From positions 31,446,464-31,510,463 of the forward strand of contig NC_043011.1 in NCBI RefSeq assembly GCF_006345805.1: a stretch of 64,000 nt of DNA, given 5' to 3'. The first letter of the stretch is position 1; each line of letters opens with the position of its first letter. Of this stretch, positions 51,363 through 63,594 are shown piece after piece. This DNA is from Octopus sinensis. Its lineage: Eukaryota. Position numbers and translations under genes: made by a program. The notes under the pieces are model-generated. The model ran no database searches and was not told the origin of the DNA. It saw only the letters and a list, made by a program, of their open reading frames with translations.

Positions 51363-51640
51363 GAGACTATCTTGAATTTTATTTTGCCACATTCTTCAAA
51401 ATGTTCACATGTTGTGTTTCTAATGCAGGGGTCATGAATTTGTTGCTTATGTACCCTTTCTCTCTCATATAATCCAATACCCGTTTTTCCACTGTAGTCC
51501 TTTTTGCATTCTGGGCATGTGGCACAGTAAATCAGGTTTCTGGATTTGCAATTCATATTTGCATTGGTGTTTTTAAAGGTGATTTGTTCTCCTTCTTCAA
51601 TGTACTCACATTGGTAACACAAGTTTGCATTATAGTAATC
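51360..51640 (-). pseudogene. PLE GIY-YIG relic
   Basis: NANMNCKSRNLIYCATCPECKKDYSGKTG...RVHKQQIHDP. Confidence 0.8.
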
Positions 51641-51759
51641 AAAAAAAAAAAAAACATTAAGGAATAAAGTATTACAAGAATTGAAAATATTTCTAGAAAA
51701 CCCAAAATACCTTACTAGACTAATTGATTCAGTTATTATCAAAGCGAATAACATTCCAA

Positions 51760-52354
51760 CTACATAACCCAGAAGAAAACGAACATAAAAATAGAAATGA
51801 ACTTATAAACATCCCCTTTGTTATCAACAGCGACCTTAGAAGCCATTCTCATTACTGTAAGAAGATATCTCCTAATTCTTGAACAAACCTAATGACAAAA
51901 TCAGAAATAATAATTTATAGCAAACACCAAGCACTCAACCTAAAAAGCACGATTTACAACAAAAGAAGCAGCAAAGAGAGTTTAAAAAATGTTGTGACCC
52001 TCATTGCGGAACATGCAAATACATTGAGCAAGGAGAACAAATCCCTTTTAAAAACAACAATATTTTAAAAATCAATGCAAATATGAATTGTAAGTGCAGA
52101 ATCCTGTTTTCATGCGCTACTTTCTCAGAATGCAAAGAATACTATACTGGAAAAACGGGTATTAGATTATATGAGAGAGTAACGGTACAGGCGCAGGAGT
52201 GGCTGTGTGGCAAGTAGCTTGCTAACCAACCACATGGTTCCGGGTTCAGTCCCACTGCGTGGCATCTTGGGCAAGTGTCTTCTGCTATAGCCCCGGGCCG
52301 ACCAATGCCTTGTGAGTGGATTTGGTAGACGGAAACTGAAAGAAGCCTGTCGTA

Positions 52355-52401
<47 letters not shown>

Positions 52402-52760
52402 TTGTGTGTCTGTGTTTGTCCCCCTAGCATTGCTTGACAACCGATGCTGGTGTGTTTACGTCCCCGTCACTTAGCGGTTCGGCAAAAGAGACTGATAGAA
52501 TAAGTACTGGGCTTACAAAGAATAAGTCCCGGGGTCGATTTGCTCGACTAAAGGCGGTGCTCCAGCATGGCCGCAGTCAAATGACTGAAACAAGTAAAAG
52601 AGTAAAGAGTAAAAGAGAGATCCCTCAATTAGAAGCACAGCATGCAGAGAACGTTTTGAAGAATGTGGCAAAAGAAAATTCAAAGTATTCCCATTTTAAA
52701 AAAAATATAGACAGAAAATGAATATTTTCACCAAAACTGAACATAAAAAGACGATACTTA
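51760..52760 (+). pseudogene. PLE GIY-YIG relic interrupted by SINE-A
   Basis: KCCDPHCGTCKYI...NANMNCK...YTGKTGIRLYERVTV | SINE | DPSIRSTAC...FKVFPF. Confidence 0.8.
52190..52618 (+). mobile_element. SINE family A (young subfamily)
   Basis: Diagnostic variants shared with the copies at 53554 and 54161. Confidence 0.92.
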
Positions 52761-53138
52761 AGCTACCGGAATTTACTATTACAACAATTCTGAATTCACA
52801 TGAAAACACCAACCAAACACTGTCCGGAGAATCAAAGTTACGTATATAATTTATCCTTTCGGGGTCGATAAATTAAGTACTGTTTGCATACTGGGGTCGA
52901 TTTAATCGACTGGCTCCCTCTCCAAAAATTTCGGGCCTTTTGCCTCAAGTAGAAAAGAATATATTCACACAGTACTATGCAGATGTTTATATAGATATGT
53001 AAAAACGTAAAAAAATACCTATGGGCGTGTGTATATATATGTATGATTGTATATGTGTGTGCATATATGTATGTGCGCCTATGTGTAGATGTATATATGT
53101 ATATGTGTATATGTTTGTATTCGTATGTATATATACAC

Positions 53139-53182
<44 letters not shown>

Positions 53183-53196
53183 GTGTGTTTATATGC

Positions 53197-53235
<39 letters not shown>

Positions 53236-53301
53236 CATGTGTGTGTGCATGTGTGTGTGTGTGTGCGCGCGCGCACGTGTGTGTGTGTGTGTGTGTCTGT
53301 G

Positions 53302-53513
53302 TATTAGAAGAAATGAGGTACTCAGAAATCTGGATGGTTTTATATTTACAGATATTTATTAGTATGTTACATATTTTTATAAATCATATAACATATATTA
53401 GCGCTTTCGTCCACTCTAGCGAAGTCTTCAAATTGAACTAGTTAGTAACATACTAATAAATATCTGTAAATATAAAACCATCCAGATATCTGAGTACCTC
53501 ATTTCTTCTAATA
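53302..53513. repeat. 69-bp inverted repeat enclosing an HHR relic
   Basis: Arms 53302-53370 and 53445-53513, one mismatch; spacer minus strand ttgaagacttcgctagagtggacgaaagcgcta. Confidence 0.85.
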
Positions 53514-53553
53514 TATAATACCTGTACATAATCTCCAAACCTTCTAATATATT

Positions 53554-53947
53554 ACTCTTTACTCTTTTACTTGTTTCAGTCATTTGACTGCGGCCATGCT
53601 GGAGCACCGCCTTTAGTCGAGCAAATCGACCCCGGGACTTATTCTTTGTAAGACCAGTACTTATTCTATCGGTCTCTGTTGCTGAACCGCTAAGTTACGG
53701 GGACGTAAACACACCAGCATTGGTTGTCAAGCAATGCTAGGGGGGCAAATACGGACACACACATATATATATATATATATATACGACAGGCTTCTTTCAG
53801 TTTCCGTCTACCAAATCCACTCACAAGGCATTGGTCGGCCCGAGGCTATAGCAGAAGACACTTGCCCAAGATGCCACGCAGTGGGACTGAACCCGGAACC
53901 ATGTGGTTGGTAATGAAGCTACTTACCACACAGCCACTCCTGCGCCT
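53554..53947 (-). mobile_element. SINE family A (young subfamily)
   Basis: Shares the diagnostic variants. Confidence 0.92.
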
Positions 53948-53960
53948 ATATATATATATA

Positions 53961-54135
53961 CGAGGTGAAGTCAAAAATGACCCGCAATTTCGCCATGACA
54001 TTTCTTTATTATTCTCATACTGCCTTCTGCGCATGCGAGCTTATTGTTGGTACTATTGTGGTCACTTGATCGATGTTTGAGCTTGATCGCGCCATTTTTA
54101 TTTCTGGCTTTACATTGTTTTAGATCTTCTTGGTG
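53961..54135 (+). mobile_element. probable mariner 5' end fragment
   Basis: TA+CGAGGTGAAGTCAAAAA terminus in (TA)n; no ORF. Confidence 0.4.
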
Positions 54136-54160
54136 ATATATACACATACATTCACACATA

Positions 54161-54568
54161 CGCAGGAGTGGCTGTGTGGTAAGTAGCTTGCTAACCAACC
54201 ACATGGTTCCGGGTTCAGTCCCACTGCGTGGCATCTTGGGCAAGTGTCTTCTGCTATAGCCCCGGGCCGACCAATGCCTTGTGAGTGGATTTGGTAGACG
54301 GAAACTGAAAGAAGCCTGTCGTATATATGTATATATATAAGTGCGTGTGTATATGTTTGTGTGTCTGTGTTTGTCCCCCTAGCATTGCTTGACAACCGAT
54401 GCTGGTGTGTTTACGTTCCCGTAACTTAGCGGTTCGGCAAAACAGACCGATAGAATAAGTACTGGGCTTACAAAGAATAAGTCCCGGGGTCGATTTGCTC
54501 GACTAAAGGCGGTGCTCCAGTATGGCCGCAGTCAAATGACTGAAACAAGTAAAAGAGTAAAAGAGAGT
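54161..54568 (+). mobile_element. SINE family A (young subfamily)
   Basis: Shares the diagnostic variants. Confidence 0.92.
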
Positions 54569-54584
54569 ATACGCTCTTATATAT

Positions 54585-54626
<42 letters not shown>

Positions 54627-54774
54627 TCGTTGCTATTATGTTAAACTGTCGTATGTCCAAATTTGGCCAAATGCATTTTTTCAATATTTGCTTTTGCTTG
54701 CAATAGCCTGGTTTTTGGTCAAGATGTCGTTTAACCAGCTGCTTCAGATGCCAAGTTACCAAAAATTCTCAATG

Positions 54775-55068
54775 TTCCTTCTTGAGCCATCCCTGGCTCA
54801 TAAGGGCCGGTTTCCCGGTTTCCTTGGCGTATAGGTTCCCCACCTGGACGGGACGCCGGTCTGTCGCAGGTGAGCTGCAAGATGCAGGAGGAAAGAGTGC
54901 GAGAAAGTTGAGGCGAAAGAGTCAGCAGAAGTTTGCCATTACCTTCTGCCGGATCCGCGTGGAGCTGAGGTGTTTCGGTCATAAACACACACATCGCCTG
55001 GTCTGAGATTCAAACCCACGATTCCTCGACCGCGAGTCCGCTGCTCTAACCACTAGGCCATATGTCTC

Positions 55069-55070
<2 letters not shown>
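54775..55070 (-). mobile_element. SINE with D-like head and a different body
   Basis: Head tggcctagtggttagagcagcggactcgcgg; body differs from the 20040 and 61093 copies. Confidence 0.7.
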
Positions 55071-55125
<55 letters not shown>

Positions 55126-55126
<1 letters not shown>

Positions 55127-55191
55127 AACCTCACCTCTCTTATCTTTAAGCCACAATCTTTACCCTCCGCGTGTACTAGAAAAGCAGGTAT
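55126..55191 (-). mobile_element. 66-bp (CA)n-associated mini-element
   Basis: Identical to 28699-28764. Confidence 0.75.
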
Positions 55192-55268
55192 GTGTGCGTA
55201 TATATGTATGCATGTGTGTGTATGTGTATGTGTATATATGTGTGTATGTGTGCGTGTATATGTATATA

Positions 55269-55803
55269 CGGGGTGTCCCCAAACAATTGACATTTGAAAT
55301 GTGAATATCTGAATAACTACATGTCCGAGCCAAACGAAATCTTTATGGGCTTCATGTTGAACAATAAAAGATTTATTTATCAAAATTCGAATAATATATT
55401 CAGAGGGATGTAGATTTTATAACCGATTTCACAAAACTTCACAAATGTTCAATCTGCTCACCGCCAGTGACACGACACACGTCAAGTCGGTAGTCCTGCT
55501 TCTGCCAGACATACAGTAGCATGTCTTGCGTAACATTCTCCAGCACCTCAGTGATTTTCTGCTTGAGTTCCTCTAGGCTTATAGAAAGAGGTGGGATATA
55601 GACCACTCCTTTCACATAGCCCAATAGCAAAAAAAATCTCAAAGTCTCCAGTCAGGCGAACGTGGAGGCCATTTCAACAGCACATTGTCATTATTATTGG
55701 CAAGCCTGATTCAAACTTAGTTTTTACATATTTAGTAAAAATTTGAGATAATTTAAGCTGTTATTAGATTACGAAATGATGTCAATTTTTTGGGGACACC
55801 CTG
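55269..55803 (-). mobile_element. Tc1/mariner (maT/DD37D-like) deletion derivative
   Basis: TA-flanked TIRs c(g/a)gggtgtccccaaa; WPPRSPD, GYVKGVVY, LDVCRVTGGEQIEHL. Confidence 0.88.
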
Positions 55804-55963
55804 TATGTATGTATGTATGTATGTATGTATGTATGTATGTATGTATGTATGTATGTATGCATGCACACACACACACACATACACACATAAGTGAGAAAGT
55901 ATGGTTGGTGATTATACGCAGTTGAATATTCAAGGAAAGAAATAAGATGAAAAAAAAAACAGA

Positions 55964-56368
55964 TTTGTTTTACAAGACTAAAGAATATATTTAAATCGTC
56001 ATCGCAAAACTATTATACAATATTATTCAAAGTAAGATGTTTTCTCTAATCGAATGACCGGTTTTGCTGAAGCTTTTCAAATTTTGAGTGTTAGATGCCA
56101 TTCGAAAGGGGAAATTTTGTTTGTTAGGGGAGGATGACTGGTAACCAATGTATTTTTAAGTGAAGGGGATGTCTGAAAGATATCTTGATTACCAATTATC
56201 CTCCTCTAACAAACAAAATTTCTCCTTTCGAATTGCTTCTAACACTCAAAATTTGAAAAGCTGCAGCGAAACCGGTCATTCGATTAGAGAAAAAAAATCT
56301 TTTGTATATTATTGTATAATACTTTGCGATGACGATTTAAATATATTCTTTAGTTTCGTAAAACAAAA
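55964..56368. repeat. inverted repeat of about 185 bp with an HHR relic in each arm
   Basis: Arms 55964-56146 and 56187-56368; ttgaaaagctgcagcgaaaccggtc. Confidence 0.85.
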
Positions 56369-56489
56369 CTTCTGAGAATTATGCAAATGGGATCTGGCCG
56401 CTATAGAGAAATCAATCTTGGTATAGTATAGAAAGGACTAAAAAGAAGATAGATAAGGCTAAATAATGGTATAACAACCAAAAATACCA

Positions 56490-57480
56490 AGAGTCAGTGA
56501 ACTAGCGTACCTTTTTAGGAAAACTTTAGATAAGGCAGATCTACAGATTAAAGTGGTAGAAAGGCTATGAAGCCCCATCAAATCCCTGACCTGTAGAACA
56601 AGTCCATTCAAAAGCCCCACATGTACGGATATCAACTGTACAGTATGTAGAATGAACCCATTGGTTAACTGTAAGATTAGGAAAGTAGTCGACAGCTTAC
56701 GGTGTAACTGAAGGCAGTTGCAGAAAAAAAGGCAACAACATACATTGGGGAGACAGCGCGTAACATAGGGGAGCGGAGAGGTGAACACTGGCAGGAGCTC
56801 AAAGAGGAGAAAAGTTCGTAGGTGCTCTACCAACATACTCATTTAAAACATAGCGGCTCTGTTAACAACATAAATATTAAGCCATTATCAACACAAAGCA
56901 TTTATAACACATAGAACAGACACGACACTTAGATTACAGCGGCCACACACATAGTAGTAAACAGATCAAGCCTCAACAGAAAACATGAATGAAACAATAA
57001 CACGACTCAGCCAGACTACGCAACATGATGACTAAAGACAGAATAAAAAAGGCACAAATACAAACAGCGTAATACATAAACTCAAGACATACATACACAC
57101 AAACACACATAATTTAGACACACACGACACACATACACACATATGCACATACTTTAGACGGAATGAGAACAAAATAGAGAAATAAATGAATAAATAAATA
57201 AATAAATTTCAGTAAAGGACACGAATACAAACCGTATAGTAAGCACACCCATACACGCACACACAAAACAGACACCCCCATAACAGACACAGACAAAATA
57301 GACCCCCTCGACACACGTACACCCCCCCATAGATACAAGCGCAAACGCACACACAGATAAGGATACACAACAGAGAAAGACAGAATGGACTAAACAGGAT
57401 AGGAGACACGTGGGATGGAGAGTCGCTGAAGCGGTCACAGGAGGTGTGACGAAAGATTTCAGACAAAGGACACAGAAATA
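56490..57480 (+). mobile_element. PLE relic (GIY-YIG + 3' region)
   Basis: SPFKSPTCTDINCTVC...CKIRKVV, TYIGETARNIGERRGEH; HHR relic 57422-57464. Confidence 0.78.
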
Positions 57481-57703
57481 AGAGCAATAATAAAGCTGAA
57501 GTGAAGGACGAATATATAGGGCGTGTGTTTATTTGCCAAAACAAATGACCATCCCGAAATATAACAACACACACACACACACACAATCTATATGGGTCTG
57601 TGTATTCATATACATGCGAGTATGTATATATGAGCATGTGTATGTGTGTGTATATGTGTGTTGCATGTGTGCGTGTATACTATGCGTATACTAAATATAT
57701 ATA

Positions 57704-57751
<48 letters not shown>

Positions 57752-57950
57752 TAACTATATGTGATAGACGTGCTTCTACTTAACATATACTTTATGTCAC
57801 CATTTCAACTTGAAACAGACCAACCTATAATTTTATTTTTTATTTTAAATCTACTTCATTAAGTATATGTATGTATATGCATGGATTTTTTATGTGTGTC
57901 TGTTTGTGTGTGTAGGAATATGCTTATATGTGTTTGTAGGCGAGTGTGTA

Positions 57951-58017
<67 letters not shown>

Positions 58018-58169
58018 ATCCGTAGTTCAACAGCCCTACCTACACAGATGGAAATTCAAGACTATTAAAATAAACTCTAAAATATCAGTTTGGAAACCGC
58101 TTTTAAATGAAAGAAGTCACAATAGAGTCACAATTTGTAAACGCTTAATGATTTATAAACATCTAAGTA

Positions 58170-58432
58170 CAGTAAGCTCACGTCATATCGCGGTTCACCT
58201 ATCACGGTTCACCAGTCGCGGTTCACCTATCGCGGTTCACCAATCGCGGTATATTTTTTAAGCTTACGCCGATTTCTCGCAATGTTGTTTTGCATTTATA
58301 ATAAAATTATAATATACAAATCATAAAAGTAATTAAAAAAATATACAATACAGTACTGTTTCTACTTCGTTGATTTTCAACTATCGCCGGGACTTTAGGC
58401 ACGTGACACCCGCAATAGTCGATGGTTTGCTG
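58170..58432. mobile_element. Tigger/pogo-like MITE
   Basis: TA-flanked cagtaagctc..atcgcgg / ccgcaatagtcgatggtttgctg; internal gcggttcacc repeats. Confidence 0.65.
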
Positions 58433-58534
58433 TATTATAATGGAAAAATGATCAGAAAAGCCATTTTTATTAATTTTCTTTCAATATATAATGCTGTACC
58501 AAGGAGTTTCTATTTCTATCTCTATAATATAGTC

Positions 58535-58974
58535 GACTGCGTTTATGCTGGAGCATCGACTTTAGTCGAACAAATTGACCCCAAGACTTATTCTTTGTAA
58601 GCCTAGTACTTATTCCATCGGTCTCTTTTGCCGAGCCGCTAAGTTACGGGGACGTAAACGCACCAACTTCGGTTGACAAGTGAAGGTTCACACACACACA
58701 CACACACACACACACGTACACACACACATACACACATATATACGACGGGCTTCTTTCAGTTTCCGTCTACCAAATCCACTCACAAGGTTTTGGTCGGCCC
58801 GAGGCTATAGTAGAAGACACTTGCCCAATGTGTCACACAGTGGGACTGAACCCGGAGTCATGTGGTTGGTAAGCAATCTACTTGCCATACAGCCACTCCC
58901 GCGCCTATACACAGCCACTCCTGCGCCTATACACAGCTGCTCCTGCACCTATTCACAGCCACTCCTGCGCCTAT
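58535..58974 (-). mobile_element. SINE family A with a four-fold tandem 5' head
   Basis: 22-bp unit tacacagccactcctgcgccta repeated at 58887-58974. Confidence 0.88.
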
Positions 58975-59095
58975 ATAAATGTATATATTACATGTGTGTG
59001 TGTGTTTAACTCTGCGTATGTGTGAAAAGGTTACAAGACGAAACGAAAATTTTAGAAAAATAAGCGGAAATACACCAGACACAACAGAATACATC

Positions 59096-59186
<91 letters not shown>

Positions 59187-59254
59187 CAGATGTTTATACA
59201 CATATATACATGCATACTTAAATATATATATATATATAGTATATATATATGCAT

Positions 59255-59460
59255 GCATACCGGCCTTCCCTCTCCACACCACCAGCGTTATCAAAGGGAA
59301 AGACTAAGGGGTCGATATAGCTTGGCACCAGTGACGTCGCAACTCATTTCTACACCTGAGTGAACTGGAGCAACGTGAAATAAAGTGTCTTGCTCAAGAA
59401 CACAACATGCAATCTCACGATCGTAAGCTCGACGCTCTAATCACTGAGCCATGCGCCTAC
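59255..59460 (-). mobile_element. SINE family F, partial
   Basis: Matches 61710-61945. Confidence 0.8.
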
Positions 59461-59910
59461 GTCGAAGAACCACCATCCACAAAGAGCAAATCCGCCACCC
59501 ACAATACAGACAGTTACAGGCAAGTGAACACATAGAAAGCTGTGCTAGGAATCTTAATCCTAATTTCCAAATCTTCCCCTTCTATGAATGTTCACAGAAC
59601 ACCACAATGAAACAAAGGTCGAATAAAGAGGCAATTTTCATCAATAAATATCTTCCCCAACTAAATATGAACACACAACTTAATATAGAACACCACTAAC
59701 CCTTCAATTAATACCACAAACCCCTATACACTCCCTACACCATACACATTGCAATTATATATCTAACACAACTGCCCTAAATCCAGAACTACTTACCTTC
59801 CTTACAAATAATCTTTTTACTCATGAACTATTAGACCTGACACCGTTCTTTAGCCGGTGTTTATTCAAAGCAATGATAGCTTATGACGAAACCATGGTAT
59901 GCTTTGTTTT
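59460..59910 (+). mobile_element. PLE 3' relic with degenerate HHR
   Basis: IHKEQIRHPQYRQLQASEHIESCA...IFPFY...KEAIFINKYLPQLN; HHR relic 59866-59906. Confidence 0.75.
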
Positions 59911-60219
59911 CTGACTTTTTAATCATCTCATAATAATGACTTTTATGACTTTTATTACTACTTTAGCCATCTAAGTGTATATATCTGTCGTTACCTTTCA
60001 TAAAAAGCCTTTTCTGATTTTATTTACAATGTGCATTTTCGTTGATTTTTCTTATTTTCCCCTTACATTTCCACGTGTATTTAATATTTTTTTTGTAACA
60101 TATTTCTACTATATATATCCTTTTATTATTAATTAATAAATTTTAGGGTAGCAAACAAATTTTAGAAAAATTCTCCGCTACCAGCGGTCAAGTGAGAAAG
60201 AGAAACTAGTCAATAGACT

Positions 60220-60265
<46 letters not shown>

Positions 60266-60573
60266 ACGACGGGCTTCTTTTAGTTTCCGTCAACCAAATC
60301 CATTCACCAGGCTTTAGACGGCCCTCAGCTACAGTAGAAGACACTTGCTCAAGGTGTCACGCAGTGGGACTGAACCCGGAACCATGTAGTTGGGAAGGAA
60401 GCTTCTAACCACTCAGCCACAAAAAAAAAAAGAAAAAATTGCTCCTTGCCGTGTATATGAATTTTGGCCGATAAAACAGTCTGTAGTGTACTAAAAACTT
60501 GTTCCCCGATTGTGTTCTGTCGCAATGGGGATGCGTCTAATGCGTCAGTGCAACTTTCAAGCTATCAACTATA

Positions 60574-60738
60574 GGCGTAGGAGTGGCTGTGTGGTAAGTA
60601 GCTTGCTTACCAACCACATAGTTCCGGGTTCAGTCCCACTGCGTGGCACCTTGTGCTAGTGCCTTCTACTATAGCCTCGGGCCGACCAAAGCCTTGTGAG
60701 AGGATTTGGTAGACGGAAACTGAAAGAAGCCCGTCGTA

Positions 60739-60815
<77 letters not shown>

Positions 60816-61020
60816 ATGTTTATGTGTCTGTGTTTGTCCCCCCAACATCATTTGACAATCGATGCCTGTGTGTTTACGTCCCCGTAACTTAGCAGTTCGG
60901 CAAAAGAGACCGATAGAATAAGTACTAGGCTTACAAAGAATAAGTCTTGGGGTCGATTTGTTCGACTAAAGGCGGTGCTCCAGCATGGCCACAGTCAAAT
61001 GACTGAAACAAGTAAAAGAG
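60574..61020 (+). mobile_element. SINE family A
   Basis: Collinear match. Confidence 0.9.
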
Positions 61021-61092
61021 TTATACACGTTATGCAGATAATATACTTGTAGATACTCATATGAAGGTAAACTCTTTACGACCGGAGCAACA

Positions 61093-61475
61093 GTGGAGGC
61101 GCAATGGCCCAGTTGTTAGGGTAGCGGACTCGCGGTCGGAGGATCGCGGTTTCGATTCCCAGACCGGGCGTTGTGTGTGTTTATTGAGCGAAAACGCCTA
61201 AAGCTCCACGAAGCTCCGGCAGGGGGTGGTGTCGACCCCTGTTGTACACTTTCGCCCCAACTTTCTCTCACTCTTTCTTCCTGTTTCTTGTCCCCGACTT
61301 CCTACGCAACCGCTGAGCCTGGATGCGCATTCATCCGTCGATGCTCTCGGTATCGGGGGTTGACCTGCTTTCTCTTCTGCGGGTCTTACGAATAGCAAAG
61401 GACTACGTTTCGGACTTCTCCCATCTTGCGAACTCTGGAACGCAGACCGTTCGCTCAACAGCAACAGCAACAGCA
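61093..61475 (+). mobile_element. SINE with D head and a third type of 3' tail
   Basis: D head and body to about 61290, then a tail ending in (CAA/CAG)n. Confidence 0.78.
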
Positions 61476-61607
61476 GCCAGGCAACAGCAATCTGTTTTGT
61501 ATATTTCTTGTTTCGTACATATTTTCTAAATGTGTGATAATTTGCTTTCATTATCGTGTGTGTACACACACGCACATACACATATATATGCATACATACA
61601 TACATAA

Positions 61608-61947
61608 GGGTAAAGGCCCCCTTCGGTCATGAATGACCATGGGATTGCACCTAGAAAGTTACCCTCCTAGACACAAGTCCGGGCAAGGTTGTTTATGGAA
61701 GACCAGCAGTCGCCCATGCATACCAGCCTCCCCTCTCCACGCCACCAGTGTTATCCAAGGGAAAGACAAAGGTCGATACAGCTTGGCACCAGTGACGTCG
61801 CAACTCATTTCTACAGCTGAGTGAACTGGAGCAACGTGAAATAAAGTGCCTTGCTCAAGAACACAACACGCAGCCCGGTCCGGGATTCGAGCTCACAACC
61901 TCACGATCGTAAGCTCGACGCTCTAACCACTGAGCCATGCGCCTTCA
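61608..61947 (-). mobile_element. tRNA-derived SINE family F (C-like head, different body)
   Basis: Minus-strand head gaaggcgcatggctcagtggttagagcg and gtgttcttgagcaaggcactttatttcacgttgctccag. Confidence 0.85.
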
Positions 61948-61976
61948 TACATACATACATACATACATACATGCAT

Positions 61977-62025
<49 letters not shown>

Positions 62026-62449
62026 CACATACATATACATACATACATACATTACACACATAATTTACATAGGTACACACATATACGTACGTACGTACGT
62101 ACGTACGTATGTATGTATGTATGTATGTATGTATGTATGTATGTGTGTATGTATGTATGTATGTATGTATGTAATACAACAATAATTACTTTACAGTATT
62201 TTTCTAAATGTCAAAAACCTCTCATGTTCGTGTCTACGTGCCAGATTTTAGGAAGTAGATCTTAAAAAGTTACCATTACTGTCTTTGGTTTTCATTTTCA
62301 TTCTTTTTTTTTGTTTGTTTCCTTATCCCCTTAATGTACAGTTGAGCTTATCAAATTATTAAATCATATTTCCTAGAAAACCACCAACATTAATTACAAC
62401 ATGGATTATGAATAAATATATAAGCAACATTGATTTATATCCACATGTA

Positions 62450-62955
62450 CCGTAAATCCTCGAGTATAATCCGCATTTTTTCTACAAGATTTAAAGTTCA
62501 AAAATCCTAGTGCGTACTATATACGAGGTTAAAAATGAAAAATAGTTTCTAAGCAATGTCTGAGTCTCTATTTGCTATCCGGCAATGTTTATTCAGACGC
62601 ATTTTGTGATGTCGGACACGAAAATACCTTAAGCTAAGTCATAAAAGAATCATCCATTATTTGCAGTAAGCAACGTTTATTAAAATAAAAGTATTCAGAA
62701 CACAGAATAACATGTAACAAAAACAATTTGCAAATATATTTACATTCCCATATAACAATTAAGAACACCACCATTATTATATTACGCATGCGCGGAAGCG
62801 TTTGTTCGACTAGGTGCTGCTGGCTTAATTACGCACGACTCAAGTTAGAGAAGTGGGGCGTATTATACACAAGGTTTAGGTTTTTCAGAGGTACATCTCC
62901 CTAAAAATCCCCTGCGTATAATACTCAAGGGCGGACTATACTCGAGGATTTATGG
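62450..62955. mobile_element. Tc2/pogo-like MITE
   Basis: TA-flanked TIRs ccgtaaatcctcgagtataatccgc / gcggactatactcgaggatttatgg. Confidence 0.85.
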
Positions 62956-62984
62956 TATTTAGTCTTGTATGGATATAACTAGTA

Positions 62985-63512
62985 CAGTAATTCCTCACTT
63001 TACGGGGTCCCGCTTAACGATACCCCGGGTTTACAAATTTTATTTTGCTGCTCAATTTTGTATGGTGAGCTGAAATTTGTCAAGCCCAAGATCCAAATTT
63101 CGAGTGATGTACAACAGTTTCTACTACCATAACAAATGCTTCTGCATGTTACAGAGAAATTTATAGAGCGAAAGAAAAAAAAGTCTACGAGTGCTTGTGA
63201 ATCAGTGATCATATCTACAAGTGATGGTGTTCGCGAGTATAGAGCAAGTGAAAGTGATTCAGAAAACGATTATGATAATAATGTTTTTTTATAATAAATG
63301 ATCTTGACATTCTTTTTACTTTACATAAAATATTCTTGACATTCTACTATTGTTTTATTGTCATTTATTTACGAGTATTATAAATCTTATTGGCCAAAAA
63401 TTTTACTAGGAACGAATTGCGATTTATAACATTGCTAGCATGAGAAATTATTGCTCTGCTTTACGAGATTTTGCTTTACGAGCGGTCTCCGGGAACAAAT
63501 TTACTCATATAT
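62985..63512. mobile_element. Tigger-like MITE, decayed
   Basis: TA+cagtaattcctcactttacg; subterminal gctttacgag repeats; right TIR degenerate. Confidence 0.55.
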
Positions 63513-63594
63513 AGAGTCAATACTATATATATTTATTATTTATCAATATTTATAATATATTACGAGTCTTTGCGTATATGATTGTTTGTGAGTA

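Noticed and set aside
60170-60215. ccgct-acc-agcgg hairpin followed by actagt, as a possible Helitron end
   Set aside because: Weak hairpin, spacing too long, no supporting 5' end or second copy.
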